DNA of 64,000 nt from Eledone cirrhosa (GCA_964016885.1 OZ024740.1:350424001-350488000), one strand, 5' to 3'; positions 15,103 to 28,000 are shown, numbered from the stretch's first letter. The notes: generated from the sequence alone by a model not told the origin. Translations and numbers: made by a program.

Positions 15103-15138
<36 letters not shown>

Positions 15139-15141
<3 letters not shown>

Positions 15142-15272
15142 GGATTTTAATGGATACAGTTTAGTTAAAAGGAATTTATTGACACGCGTTTCTATAACAG
15201 TTACATAACCTGAAAACAGCTGCTATCTACAAAGTATTAGTTATGCAGACATTCAATATTTCAATGTTATTA
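15139..15272 (-). mobile_element. Inverted 3' terminus of PLE family B
   Basis: Reverse complement of ~59420-59548. Confidence 0.85.
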
Positions 15273-17273
15273 TCCTGATAAAATCAAATATAGTAAAGAA
15301 ACAAATTCTAGAAGATCTTACAGTAGAATAATTAATCATGATCATTCCAATAACTTTAATAAAAGACCTAGATACAAAAACATAATCTGGTATAATGCTC
15401 CTTTCTCCATCTCTATTAATAATAATATTCCTAAATTATTCTTTAGTGCCTTAAATAAATACTTCCCTCCCTCACATAGCTATAGTAAAATATTTAACAA
15501 ACACACTATAACATTTTCCAATTCGACCTCCTCCAACGTTTCCAACATTATCTCTAAACACAACAATAAAATACTAAATACTAAATCTCTTCCTTCCAAC
15601 ACTGAATATCATAATAATAGTAATAGTACTTTCGACGTTATTGTAAACTCTAGGCTAATTTCTGCAAACCCAAATACAACGTCAAACAAAACTTCACTAA
15701 ATGTTCTTAATCCCATTCTAAATCAAGAAACTATTATTCCTATCGTAAATAACTTCTCCAATCCAATTCCTTCTATAGATAACACTAGGTCACTCGTTAA
15801 TAACTCTGCTAATCTCTCTAATCGCAATTGCAATTGCCCTGTTAAAAATAAATGTCCTCTCAACAACCATTGTCTTGAAAAAAACTTAATCTACGAATGT
15901 AAAGTTATAACTGACACCAATTCCTTCACCTATTTTGGCTCCACTTCCACCTCCTTTAAAGCTCGTCTTTATAATCATCATTCGTCTTTTAAATACCAAC
16001 TTAAAAGAACCAACACGGCACTCTCAGAACTCATATGGTCCTTGAAAGACAAAAATATTAACTATAACATCTCTTGGAAAAAGGTTTCTTCTGCTTCTCT
16101 ATACTTGAACAGTTCTCTATCCAAGACTTGCAATCTCTGTTTAAATGAAAAATTTACCATTATATCTAATTTAGATTCTATAATAAATAGACGCCCTGAC
16201 TTGTTTTCTCTCTGCTTGCATAAATTCCACAGAACATTCCATAAAGTATACAGCTAATTTCTAGTACTTTATCAATTTAAAATCCTTTTCTCAAAGGCAC
16301 ATATATATATATATACTTCTTTAAAAATATACCCATCTTTCTAACTTATTTCAAAGTTATTTATTATACATTATATAATACTAGTTACTCATTCTATATC
16401 ACTCCTATTTATCACTTGCCTTTCTTCCTTTTTCTTTTCTTTTCTTTTTCTTTTAATTTCTAACCCCTAATCTGTACCTTTTCTCATTGTGCCTAACATA
16501 GAAACAATTATTACACAGTACAATATATTCTTACTTTATATCACCTTGAAAAAATCCTTCGTAAACATAAACATTTTTTTTGACGTTAGATTATTCATCC
16601 TCAATTCATTATGTTTTTCTCCCTTTCATGCTCATCTAACTTATTCATCTTATCTCTACTTCTTTCACAATATATCCTTACTTACATTACTATTGCTATA
16701 TTTTTTTTAATAATACATATCAACATTTTCTTTCCATCGCACATATTATTAAACCCTTAAATATTATTCTTAATACATATTAACAATTTCTTTTCATCGC
16801 ACATATTATTAAACCCTTCAATATACAAACCTTAACTTAACATTATTTTTCTCTTCGTTAATTTTAAAATTCTTTTAATTTATATATTATCTTCCAACGG
16901 TTTTTCAACCTCTCTATGTAAAACTATATTTTTCTCAATTATAAAAGCTATCTCTCTCTCTCTATCACCCATCTCTCCTCCTATCTCATCCTTCCTCATT
17001 ATACTCCTCCCCCTGCACTTTTTACTCTCATCTCCTCCTCTTTTTCATCTTTTCCACCCCACCTCAAAATTTTTTCTCCCAATATCACACATCAATCTAA
17101 AACTACTTTTCATATGTTGATTTAAAACTGCACTATTCACAAGTGTTCTTTAACCTTCATATCATGTCTTCCTATTTTATCTGATGAAAACACAAATATT
17201 ATTGCATGATGATATTTGTTTTTGAAATGCGCATAATAAAATACATGGAACTCTTTTAACCATCTTTTGATAT

Positions 17274-17275
<2 letters not shown>
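15271..17275 (+). mobile_element. 5'-truncated Hydra-like PLE (family A)
   Basis: Open frame 15271-16257: IIWYNAPFS, KIFNKHTI, CNC...CPLNNHCL, IYEC...YFGST..SFKARLYNH, CNLCLNEK; AT-rich 3' UTR ends in a hammerhead and (TA)n. Confidence 0.88.
17173..17242 (+). ncRNA. Type I hammerhead ribozyme motif, family A
   Basis: TATTTTAT-CTGATGA-AAACACAAATAT..ATATTTGTTTTT-GAA-ATGCGCAT-A-ATAAAATA; palindromic stem III. Confidence 0.88.
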
Positions 17276-17339
<64 letters not shown>

Positions 17340-17367
17340 ACATATATATATATACATATATATATAT

Positions 17368-17808
17368 GTCAAAGGGCAAAGGAGCTCTTAAGAATCACCG
17401 GGAGAGATGACCACTAAGCCTTTGTCAAGGGAGAATTCTAGGAGAAGGAAAACTCAGATATAACACCTGCAATCCTGATGGTATCCAATGATGTTGACTT
17501 GTTCTTCTTTTTGGTAAATATCATCTTGGTTAAGAGAGTGGGACTGGCTTTGTGCAGTGCCTTTGCTCACTATAAAAGCTTCACGGCACAGGCATTGCTT
17601 TATATCTGGAGATCTCTCTGCGCTTGTCGTCACATGGTATCATGGGCCCAGCACTATGTGTCAATAATTGTCACAAGTGTAGTGTTTGTACCAGAGTTTT
17701 CAAGTCGCTGGCTGGACTGAAAAGTCACACTCTTTCAGCGCATCGGTAGGGGTTCTCCTACATGGATATAGAGTAGTGGCCGTACTCGAAAACGAGTTGG
17801 CAGCCACC
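17368..17808 (+). mobile_element. RTE 5'-UTR-like non-coding fragment
   Basis: CTAGGAGAAGGAAAACTC motif as recalled from RTE 5' UTRs; shares GTCAAAGGGCAAAGGAGCTCTTAAGA with 24724-24900 (-). Confidence 0.5.
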
Positions 17809-17811
17809 ATA

Positions 17812-17867
<56 letters not shown>

Positions 17868-17871
<4 letters not shown>

Positions 17872-18700
17872 GGAAAAATTTGAACAGAGAGGCAGTACAA
17901 CGAATGTTTATTAATTTCACGCTCTGGAGAGTGGGGTGTTGGTGGGGGACGACGTTTCGGGCATAAGCCCTTCCTCAGGTGAGAAGGGTGTGGGAACAGA
18001 GTTCAAAGGGTGTGTAGGGGAGTGGTGGAGAGACATATAGCGAAAGGAAACGGTGCGAATGAAAAAATAAAAAATAAAGATAAAAATAAAAATAAAGCAT
18101 GATCAAAATACAAGGAATGAGATAAATTTAAATATAAAGGCATGATCAAAATAAACTGAAATTAAAAGGGGGGGTAAAACAGGTGGTGGAAGGGTCTGGG
18201 GTGTGTAGGGTGGTGGCGGGTGGAGTGGGGAGAGGGAGACGGGGTGTCCGAGCGGGGAGGGCTGAAGGTGGTGTGTGTGTGTAGGTGTGCGTGCGTGTGT
18301 GTGTGTGTCTATGTGAAAGTAAGGGTTGGGGGATGAACGGGGTTGCATGTTCAGGAAGAGGTGTGTGTGTGTGGGGGGGGGGGGTCGGAGTGTCTGTGCG
18401 TGTGTAGATAGAGGGATGGGGGGGGAGAGGAATCAGGAGGCTGAGGGTGTAAATATGTGGTGGAAAGCACGTGTGTATGGGGTTTAAGCGTGTTGTGGGT
18501 GTAGGTGGCGTGTGGAGGATGGTTGAAAAGTAGGTAAATTCCGAAGATGTTTAGTGGATTCGTTGTTGGTCAATTTCTGCGTGTGGGTATTCCATGAAGC
18601 GATGGTCGGAAGAGGAGAGATGTGGGGGTGCGCGCGCAACAGGAAGTGGTCAAGCAGTGGGAGTGCCTTGTGTCTGTTTGTGCTGGGAGGTGGTCAGAGG
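17868..18700 (-). mobile_element. PLE 3' terminal fragment; second copy at 54511-54797
   Basis: Minimal hammerhead CTGAGGA-AGGGC(ttat)GCCC-GAAACGTC at ~17948-17982 and a variant (GAAACGCC) at ~54602-54636; both inside (TA)n. Confidence 0.7.
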
Positions 18701-18819
18701 GCATAGCAGCATATATATGTGTGTTTATGTGTGTGTATATGTATGTATATGTGTGTGTATATGTATGTATATGTGTATGTATATGTGTGTGTATGTATAT
18801 GTGTATTTGTATGTATGTG

Positions 18820-18874
<55 letters not shown>

Positions 18875-18878
<4 letters not shown>

Positions 18879-19436
18879 TTGGGAGCAAAGATTGGGAATA
18901 CGGAAGATGATGTGGTTGAGAGGAAGAGCAAGGCCTGGGCGGCGTGTCACAGCTTGAGATCGGTGTGGAAGTCGGACCTTCGTAGAGACCTGAAAATCCG
19001 CCTCTTCATTGCTGTAGTGGAGTCTGTGCTGCTGTATGGGTCTGAGACTTGGACACTGACCAAGAGACTCACTCAGATGGTGGATGGGTGCTACACGAGA
19101 ATACTGAGGATGGCTCTGAACATTAATCAGTATACACTGAGGATGAAAAACTCAGAGCTGTATGGGAGCATCCCAAAAGTCAGCTCAAAAGTGACACAGA
19201 GGAGACTGAGGTTGGCTGGACATACTCACCGACATCCAGAGTTGATATTGCACTCAGTGCTCCTTTGGGAGCCCCTACATGGACACACTAGAAGAGGAAG
19301 ACCAAGGTTAACATATGTTGATGCCCTAAGGACAGACACCGGTCTGTTGGAGATGCAGGATATGGCAGCGATAATGAGGAACAGAGACCGCTGGAGCGAA
19401 CTCGTCCATGGATCTCGGGAATTTTGTCCGCCTTAA
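18875..19436 (+). mobile_element. 5'-truncated RTE-clade LINE 3' end
   Basis: [45 protein letters not shown]-like terminal motif. Confidence 0.92.
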
Positions 19437-19621
19437 ATATATATGTGTGTGTGTGTATGTATGTGTGTGTTTATATATATATATATATGTGTGTGTGTGT
19501 ATATGTATGTGTATGTGTGTGTGTATGTGTATATATATATATATGTGTATATGTATGTATGTATATACATATGTGTGTGTATGTATATATATATGTGTAT
19601 ATCTGTGTATATATATGTGTG

Positions 19622-19666
<45 letters not shown>

Positions 19667-19685
19667 GTATATATATATATATAAT

Positions 19686-19733
<48 letters not shown>

Positions 19734-19759
19734 ATTATATATATATATGTATATATATA

Positions 19760-19838
<79 letters not shown>

Positions 19839-19912
19839 TACTAATTTTCATAGAAAAAGCATATAACGATATGTGCTTTTACAATTCTCCAGAGGGGCCG
19901 GTAGATAGGTAA

Positions 19913-19955
19913 ATATTGCTGATGAGTTGTAACAACAACGAAACTAGTTCAATGT
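19913..19955 (+). ncRNA. Minimal type I hammerhead motif in a ~410-bp non-coding insert (19836-20250)
   Basis: ATATTG-CTGATGA-GTTGT(aaca)ACAAC-GAA-ACTAGT-T-CAATGT. Confidence 0.85.
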
Positions 19956-20246
19956 TCCTTGTCTGGCTTTCTGGGGAATAGAGGGAAGGTGTTCCCCCGA
20001 AAACCAGTATGACTCTAAAAACCGGTTTGTCTGTGTGTTTACATACAGAATAGCTGGGTAGCTCACAGTAAAGCAACCAGTGAAAGACTTGTTACACCTA
20101 CATATGTATACGTGTGTGTATTCATATACACACTAGTATTTCAGTATGCATATGTAGATGTACATTTTTAACTTAATTGTTTAAGCGTCAGCCATACAAA
20201 AGTGAGTTACAAACGAAACGAAATTTAATTTCGTTTCGTTATTTGT

Positions 20247-20548
<302 letters not shown>

Positions 20549-20910
20549 ATTGTTATACTTTGGGAGGGTCATATTTGTGTAATATTGCCAGAATTAATAA
20601 CAGAACACACTCACTGTTTGATTGGTTTTTGCTTTTCGCTTCTGTGTCTTTTATATCGGTTAATTTAATTTATTCGGTCCTCAATGTTGCCATTGACTGA
20701 CCAACGGTAAAAAATACAGATAGAATATAGTCACAAACACATATATATATATAGTTTATCAAAGTTCTTTCGTTGCACATCTGCAACATCGTCAGTGGTG
20801 TTATTGTGCTCGCGTATGTATTTATTTATTTATTTATCTATTTATTTATTTATACTTCTCTTAGGTCAGTGTTGTTTGTTTGGGTGTTGATATTCCATCC
20901 ATTTTTTCTG
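20549..20910 (-). mobile_element. PLE family H 3' terminus with hammerhead (~20757-20800)
   Basis: Reverse complement of parts of 32200-32737; CTGACGA-T-GTTGCA(gatg)TGCAAC-GAAAGAACTT. Confidence 0.8.
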
Positions 20911-20937
20911 TTATATATATATATATGTATATATGTA

Positions 20938-21022
<85 letters not shown>

Positions 21023-21204
21023 TTGTATGTATGTGTATGTATGTGTATATATATATATGTGTGTATATATATATATGTGTATATATATATATGCGTATAT
21101 ATGTATATATGTATGTAAATGTATATGTGTATATATATATATATGTGTATATATATGTATATATATATATATATATATGTGTATATATATGTATATATAT
21201 ATAT

Positions 21205-21935
21205 ATCGTTTCTGAATTTGTTTAGCAAGATTCTTTATCTGAAATCGTGTGTTGAAACCGATATTGTTATACTTTGGGAGGGTCATGTTGCCAATAAGGA
21301 ACACACGCACCAGTTGCTTTCACTTCAATTTATTATAATAAATTTATAATAAATTTATAAATTTATAAATTTCTGGTTGGTTGGTTGGTTCCACAACCAG
21401 ATAGTTGTTTATATATTGTCTTAGTTCTTTCGTTACAAACTCTGTGACCTCTTCAGTGACTGGGGATTCCTTACTTTGTTTCTGCGCCTCTCCTTTGTTC
21501 TGTCCTACGCCATTTTGTTTCTGTGTGTGTGTTGAGTACTCAGTCTGCGCATGCGCCACATCCGGGTGTCTGTGTGTGTTTATGTTTCATTTATTTATTT
21601 GTTTATTTACATGTTACTGGTTGGTTGTTTGTTCTATGTGTGTGTGTTTTCATTTCGTCCTTAATTGTAAGTTGTGATGTTGCCGTTCCACTCATATTTT
21701 CTATTTAATTTTGGTTGTAATTCTTTTATGTTTATTGCCTTTGTAATTTGTCTAAACATTGCGTCTTTTCTGTGTGTAGATTTTATTTTTATTTCTATGT
21801 TCTCTAATTTACCCTTGTGTTCTATTTTAGCATGTTGGTAGAGTACAGATGATTCTTTACTATCTTGAAGGTCTCGCCAGTGTTCATTTATCCGTTCCCC
21901 TACACTACGAGCTGTCTCACCTATGTACACTATAT
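21205..21935 (-). mobile_element. PLE family D 3' end (GIY-YIG plus UTR, hammerhead ~21418-21461)
   Basis: YIGETARSVGERINEH...RQIT.AINI...LNRKYEW; nearly identical to 34601-35270. Confidence 0.88.
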
Positions 21936-22682
21936 TTACATGTAAATACACAAATGTTCGGAAACGTAGGTCAACCAAAACATGTAGTACACATATACAC
22001 ACACCCAACATACGTACGAACCTGCATACTCACGCAGACGCAAAACTCCCGTATACACATAACCAAACCATATATACAGAATATATGAAAAATTATACGC
22101 CATAACATATACAATCAAATATACGTACGAGAAAGTATACGTACCTTCACAAAACATACAGGTAATATATACTTACCTATGCAAATAAGTAATGGTATAA
22201 ACAAAACATATGCTTAGCTACCACACCAAGACGTAAAATATCCACGTATAGATCGTACTACCCGTTAGGATATAATGTGGGGCTGTAATACAGGAAAGTT
22301 TTGTGCAATTTATGTTTACAAGCCGAAATTGCCTCAGATTTTTTGTTTAAGATGTGGGCTGTGGCGTAGAGTATTTCCAGGGCCTCAGCGGCGCAGAGGT
22401 CACATGGTCTTTTATTTCCGTTATACGATCTAGCCCTAGCTAGGATCTCCCAGTGTAACTTAAATTGGGTGTGGTTGTCTTTTAGACTCGAGATATAAGC
22501 TGAAAGGGACGTCATATTCCTTCTTAGAGGGTAACGAAAAGAATGGGTATGCATGTAAAGACGCTGCTTGAATCTATTGGCGGTTAACTTCTGCGTTTAC
22601 AGATTGACTTTGTTAGTTTTAGAAGATCCCGTTAAGGGTGAAAGCAGTGATTCTTTGCTTAAACTTTAATCTGTTATTTTAA
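21935..22682 (-). mobile_element. PLE family C fragment with short inverted terminus (22590-22682)
   Basis: Matches 56620-57268; ORF 22258-22554. Confidence 0.85.
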
Positions 22683-22716
22683 TTTATATATATATATATA
22701 TATAATCAAGGTTTAG

Positions 22717-22754
<38 letters not shown>

Positions 22755-22758
<4 letters not shown>

Positions 22759-23600
22759 GTCTGCTGATTATCAATTGTATTTCTCCGCAATAAAGACTAA
22801 ATAACTAAAATCAGTGCGAGAGATAACTAAATTAAGTTATCGGGACAGAGGAAAGTAAACAAACCAAATGGTAGTAATGCAACGTAAAGAGAGGAACAGA
22901 GAGACAAGTCAATGAATCTTGTGGGCTTAAGTCGGATCGAATCAAATGACAAGAAAAGGCAGACACGTCCGAGCCACGCGAAAAGCGAGAGAGAAAAGAA
23001 TTTCACACAGGTCAGACGGAAGGAAGTGAGGGGGGGGGGGTTAGCAGAGAGTGAGTGAGTGAAAGTGTGAGGAAGAGGCCAGCCGAGAGTGTGTGACCAG
23101 CAGCAGGGGTGAAAGGAAGCAAGAGGTAAAGGAGAGAGAAGAGCGAGAGAGAAAGAGGATAGCAGTATGGTGACAGAAAAATACGAACCACAGCGAGGGG
23201 AAAATACATGTGAATGAAAAATGGCGAATATGAACATATGAATGAAACGTGTCTGCCTCTTCTCGTCATTTGATTCGTTCGGACTTAAGCCCATAAGATT
23301 CATTTACATCTCTTTCCCTCTCTTTACGTTGCATTACTACCATGTTGTTTGTTTACTTTCCTCTGTCCTGATAATTTAATTTAGCTATCGCTCGCACTGA
23401 TTTTAGGTATCTAGTCTTTAATGCGAAGAAATACCAATGATAATCAGCAGACTACTGATGATGGACATTCCTGTTTGTCGGTCTATTTTCAATCATATGT
23501 TCATATTCGCAACAACGCAGCACGCCATTTTTCATTCACATATATTTTTTCACAGTAACGAATACCTTATTTTCTGTGGTTTACCCCCGATTTTACTCGG
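22755..23600. mobile_element. Unclassified fold-back element, diverged ~210-bp arms (22755-22968 / 23247-23456)
   Basis: AGTAGTCTGCTGATTATCA ... TGATAATCAGCAGACTACT; second inversion 23200-23245 vs 23485-23550. Confidence 0.7.
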
Positions 23601-23613
23601 GGTCTACACACAC

Positions 23614-23659
<46 letters not shown>

Positions 23660-23661
<2 letters not shown>

Positions 23662-24275
23662 TAAATTTCTTTAAGTCGTTTGGAAGCCTCGACAATGCAG
23701 ATGGCTAAATCTCCGGGTAACAAGATCCGGTGGTGGAGAGAGAGATGTAAGTGGGTGTACGTTGAGATGCGTGGCGTGTATAAGACGTGTAGAGGAATGA
23801 AGGAAAGAGCGTAAAGGATAAAAATAAAAATAACAACACGAGAGAGAAAGTTACCTTGGGAGAGATTTAATTGTCACTATATATTTCGGATTCACATCCA
23901 TCAAATGTTTTTTTTTTCGGGGGGGGGGGGGGGCGTTGTCAGCTAGCGCCACCCAACTCCCACAATTGAAATAACTACTTCGGCTGCTGACCTCTGCCTG
24001 ACCGACCCCATTTCACGCGCACGCGCGCTCTGCTGAATACCTCAGATATTCAAAACAACGAACAACGGAGGACACGTTTCGCACCTTTCCGACAGACAAA
24101 CTTCCCACCCCCCGAGAAAAAACCCAGTTGATGGATGTGAATCCGAAATATATAGGGACAATTAAATCTCTCCCAAGGTAACTCTCTCTCGTGTTGTTAT
24201 TTTTATTTTTATGCTTTACGCTCTTTCCTTCATCTGCATTGTCGAGGCTTCCAAACGACTTAAAGAAATTTACCT
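23660..24275. mobile_element. Unclassified fold-back element
   Basis: Perfect ~44-bp outer inverted repeat GGTAAATTTCTTTAAGTCG...; inner arms 23797-23920 / 24112-24232. Confidence 0.75.
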
Positions 24276-24320
24276 TATTATTCCACAATGCTTCAAGCAA
24301 ACTTCAATACTCTCATATAT

Positions 24321-24351
<31 letters not shown>

Positions 24352-24353
<2 letters not shown>

Positions 24354-24722
24354 GTAGGAGATGAGTTTTATTGTAGTACAATAAAGCAATGCAGATATCG
24401 GATAAGAAGCACTCTACAGTTTGTAGGACTGGAGTATACATAATATATAAGATCAAAAGATGGTTAAAAGAGTTCCATGTATTTTATTATGCGCATTTCA
24501 AAAACAAATATCATCATGCAATAACATTTGTGTTTTCATCAGATAAAATAGGAAGACATGATATGAAGGTTAAAAAACACTTGTGAATAGTGCAGTTTTA
24601 AATCAACATATATGTTGATTTAAATCTGCACTATTCACAAGTGTTTTTTAACCTTCATATCATGTCTTCCTATTTTATCTGATGAAAACACAAATATTAT
24701 TGCATGATGATATTTGTTTTTG
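24352..24722. mobile_element. Hairpin of PLE family A terminus (hammerhead ~24480-24550, -)
   Basis: Folds at TTTAAATCAACATA|TATGTTGATTTAAA; right arm interrupted at 24723. Confidence 0.85.
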
Positions 24723-24723
24723 A

Positions 24724-24900
24724 CTCTTAAGAGCTCCTTTGCCCTTTGACAGGTTTTGTTTTTAGTCCTGCAAGATGTCCAAAGTCACCCTCCTCACCAA
24801 GAAACCTCGGTGGGGTTGCCAGTTTAGTCGCCAACGACCCGACCATGAGACAGGTTGTACTGGGATACATGTTACCAGTAGCACCAACTGGTGACCTGAC
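24724..24900 (-). mobile_element. RTE-like 5' end fragment (same family as 17368)
   Basis: 26-bp overlap with 17368-17393; GC-richer, self-complementary 5' segment. Confidence 0.45.
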
Positions 24901-25019
24901 ATACATATATATACATACATTTATACATACATACATACATACATACATACATACATACATACATACATACATACATACATACATACATACATACATACAT
25001 ACATACATACATACATACC

Positions 25020-28000
25020 TCATATATTCCTCCGTATGTATGCATAGTTGTTACGGAGTGATTATGTGAGACTTAATTATATACTTGTCTTTCGCCTCGT
25101 CAAAGAAAACCATGAAAACATATAATAAAAAATATAACAAATAACAATATCATGAGCGAGAAATGTACGTGAAAAACATTTCTTTTAGCGTAACTCATCA
25201 TTTTCTTTATCCATATCACTCCCTAAAGCTAAAACACTTCTTTTGTATATATACTTCCGATTCCTTCGCTATGTATTTTGAGTTTTTCATTCGTATTCTT
25301 CCTACTATTTTAGTTTTCATTCATATTTAAACAAGACCTATCCATCTCGGACGAGGCCCCAAGTGATGATGAGGGAGAGCCTCTCCGTTCGAAAAGAAAG
25401 AAGAAAAGACACCACAAGAACACAAAAACAACAAACATCACTACAAACATACAACCACCAATACAAACAACACAAACATTACAAACAAAAACCCCCCGTC
25501 CCGAAAACGAAACCACGACATCACTCCAAACAAAAACACCTACAATAAAACGAAAGCTCCCACAAGAACTACAGACAAAAACCACCGCAACAGAACAAGA
25601 ACATTACACATACATAAACAGTAAAAACAAAACTTTAATGGAGGTCATCTCCAACGACCCTTCAGTGAAAACCGAAGGGAAAACTTTTTCGAACTGTGTA
25701 GACAAACCTAATTTAAAGATGATTAAGGTCCCTACGGACACCTATATGTCTTTAAAGGAAAACTTTCCTAAGGACGTGGGTAATCCTTGTGTTAAACCCA
25801 TTAACCGCGTCCTTTTAAAAAGTTTCCCCACACTCATTCCAGACACCCCCACCCCACCAAACATCTCCGTCGCCACCCCGCCGGAAACCACCACCCACCC
25901 AGACAACCCCTCTAACACTCCCATGGAAACATGCGGCCTGATCCCCGGGAGACGAAGAGGTAAGTGTTTTCTTCTCCTCTTTTAACTTTTCAGAACCAAC
26001 ATGGCCAATATAAGAGTTGGATGTGTGAATGTACGCGGCCTAGGGATGACCTGGAAACAGGGCAAACTCTCAAACGACCTCAGGTCGCACAGTATGGATG
26101 TAGTAGCCATTTGCGGGTCCAGGATCCACAGCGAGCGACAGCTGGCCCCCATCTTCGACGACTTTGAGATCTACACATCTCTCTATCAGCCGGGAGGTGG
26201 GGGTGGGGTTGCTGTTTTGCTGCGGAAACACCTGACCCTCGTAACACAGACGATACATTTGGACCCGGAGGGTCGACTGGTGGTCCTAGACGTTGACGGT
26301 AGTGAAGGTGGCGCCTTCAGGCTGGTGGCCGCATATGCCCCATCCGAGACACCGCAGCCAGACTTCTTCAAACGACTAGAGACTTTTCTGGGAACGTACC
26401 GCTCCTTGCTTTTAGTGGGGGAATGGAATCCTAGATGCACGTTGGGACTATGTGGGAGCATGTCCCGATAAAGGGGGGTGTAACAGCCTCAAACAGTTAA
26501 TCGGCCGATTTGACCTGGCCGATAGATATCGACTAGATTTTCCGACTCTGCCACTGTGGACGTGGACTAATTTCAGCGGAACATCAAGATCGTACCTAGA
26601 TAGGGTTCTTGTTAGAAATAAAGATAGGGACATGTTAAGCTGTCCAAAAATGTTCATGGTTGCCTATTCAGATCCCAAACTAGTGACCTGCATGGTCAAC
26701 CTTGATAGAACCCATAGACAAAGACCCGACTACTGGAAGCTGAACTTGTTGTTACCGACATGCAAAGCCTACAGTAGACGGATTAGCACTTTTTTTATTT
26801 AAACAGCACTTGACAGGGGCCATTGTCAACAACAGACGGTGGTCCTCTCTCAAGAGGTCAGTTAGATTAGACTCGTTAGTTTTTACTAAAGAATTAGCGT
26901 TAAATTGAAATAGGACCGAGAAGGTACTGATAGATAAAGTAGAAGAAGCAATTAGAAGTGGCAACGTAGCCAGCGTGCTAGCAACGAGAACGGCTTTGGA
27001 CCAGTTCTTTGACGCAAAGCACGAGGGCTGCGTTGTCAGAAGCAAAACACGTGCTCTGGGTAACGAGGGAGCCAAAGCTGTTAACTGGGCCCGGGTGACG
27101 GAGGCACAAAGTGGGAACAAGTTCACGATTCGGTCTTTGAAGGACCAAGACGGACGCGTGATACGTGACCCGAAGCAAATGTGCGCGGCCTTTCAGGAGC
27201 ACTTTGCTCAGCTGTTCGGGCAGGGCGGCGCGCCGGGAGGTGCTATGGATTTCGGTCCATACCTCGACGGCCTACCACGACTCTTGGACAGCGAGGCGAA
27301 GTTCTGCGAAAAGCCGATTTCAGTCGCTGAGATAGGGGACGCGCTGAGCCAATGCGGCAAAGTCAAATCTACAGCTCTCGACGGTCTACCCTACGAATTT
27401 TACGTAGCAATGCTGGACCTATCCCCCGGTCTCCTGGCAGCGGTCTACTACAACTGGCAGCAGAATGGGAAAATTCCCAGTTCTGTGACCAGGGGCGTAG
27501 TCACACTAGTCAGGAAGGACAAGAATAAGGGGATGACATAGGCAACTTCTGGTCCATATCTCTGCTAAAAACTGTTACAGATTTTGGCCAAGGTGTGGGC
27601 AAAGTGGCTGGCAGTGTCGTCGAAAACCTGGAGGGAGAAGCGCAGACATGCGCAATCTCGACCAGGTCCATACACGACAACCTTCACCTCGTGCGATACA
27701 TCATAGAGAGGGTAGGGTGTAAACCCGGCTTCGGAGGAGCCCTGATCAACTTGGATCAGTCTAAGGCTTTCGAACGGGTTGACCAACGTTACCTGGATGC
27801 GGTGCTCGAGGCGGCAGGCTCCGGACCCGTGTTCAGGGGCCGGATTGCTGCAATGCACAACAGCAACATCTGTTCAAGGGTCAAGGTGAACGGCTACCTT
27901 TCAGAGCCGTTCCATATGACGCGATCCATTCGACGCGGATGCCATCTCTCCTCCCTTCTGTACGTACTGACTCTCGAGCCACTACTGCGGAAGTTGGAGC

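Noticed and set aside
18594-18874. N-terminal extension of the 280-aa RTE ORF
   Set aside because: Chance read-through across an unrelated fragment and a microsatellite
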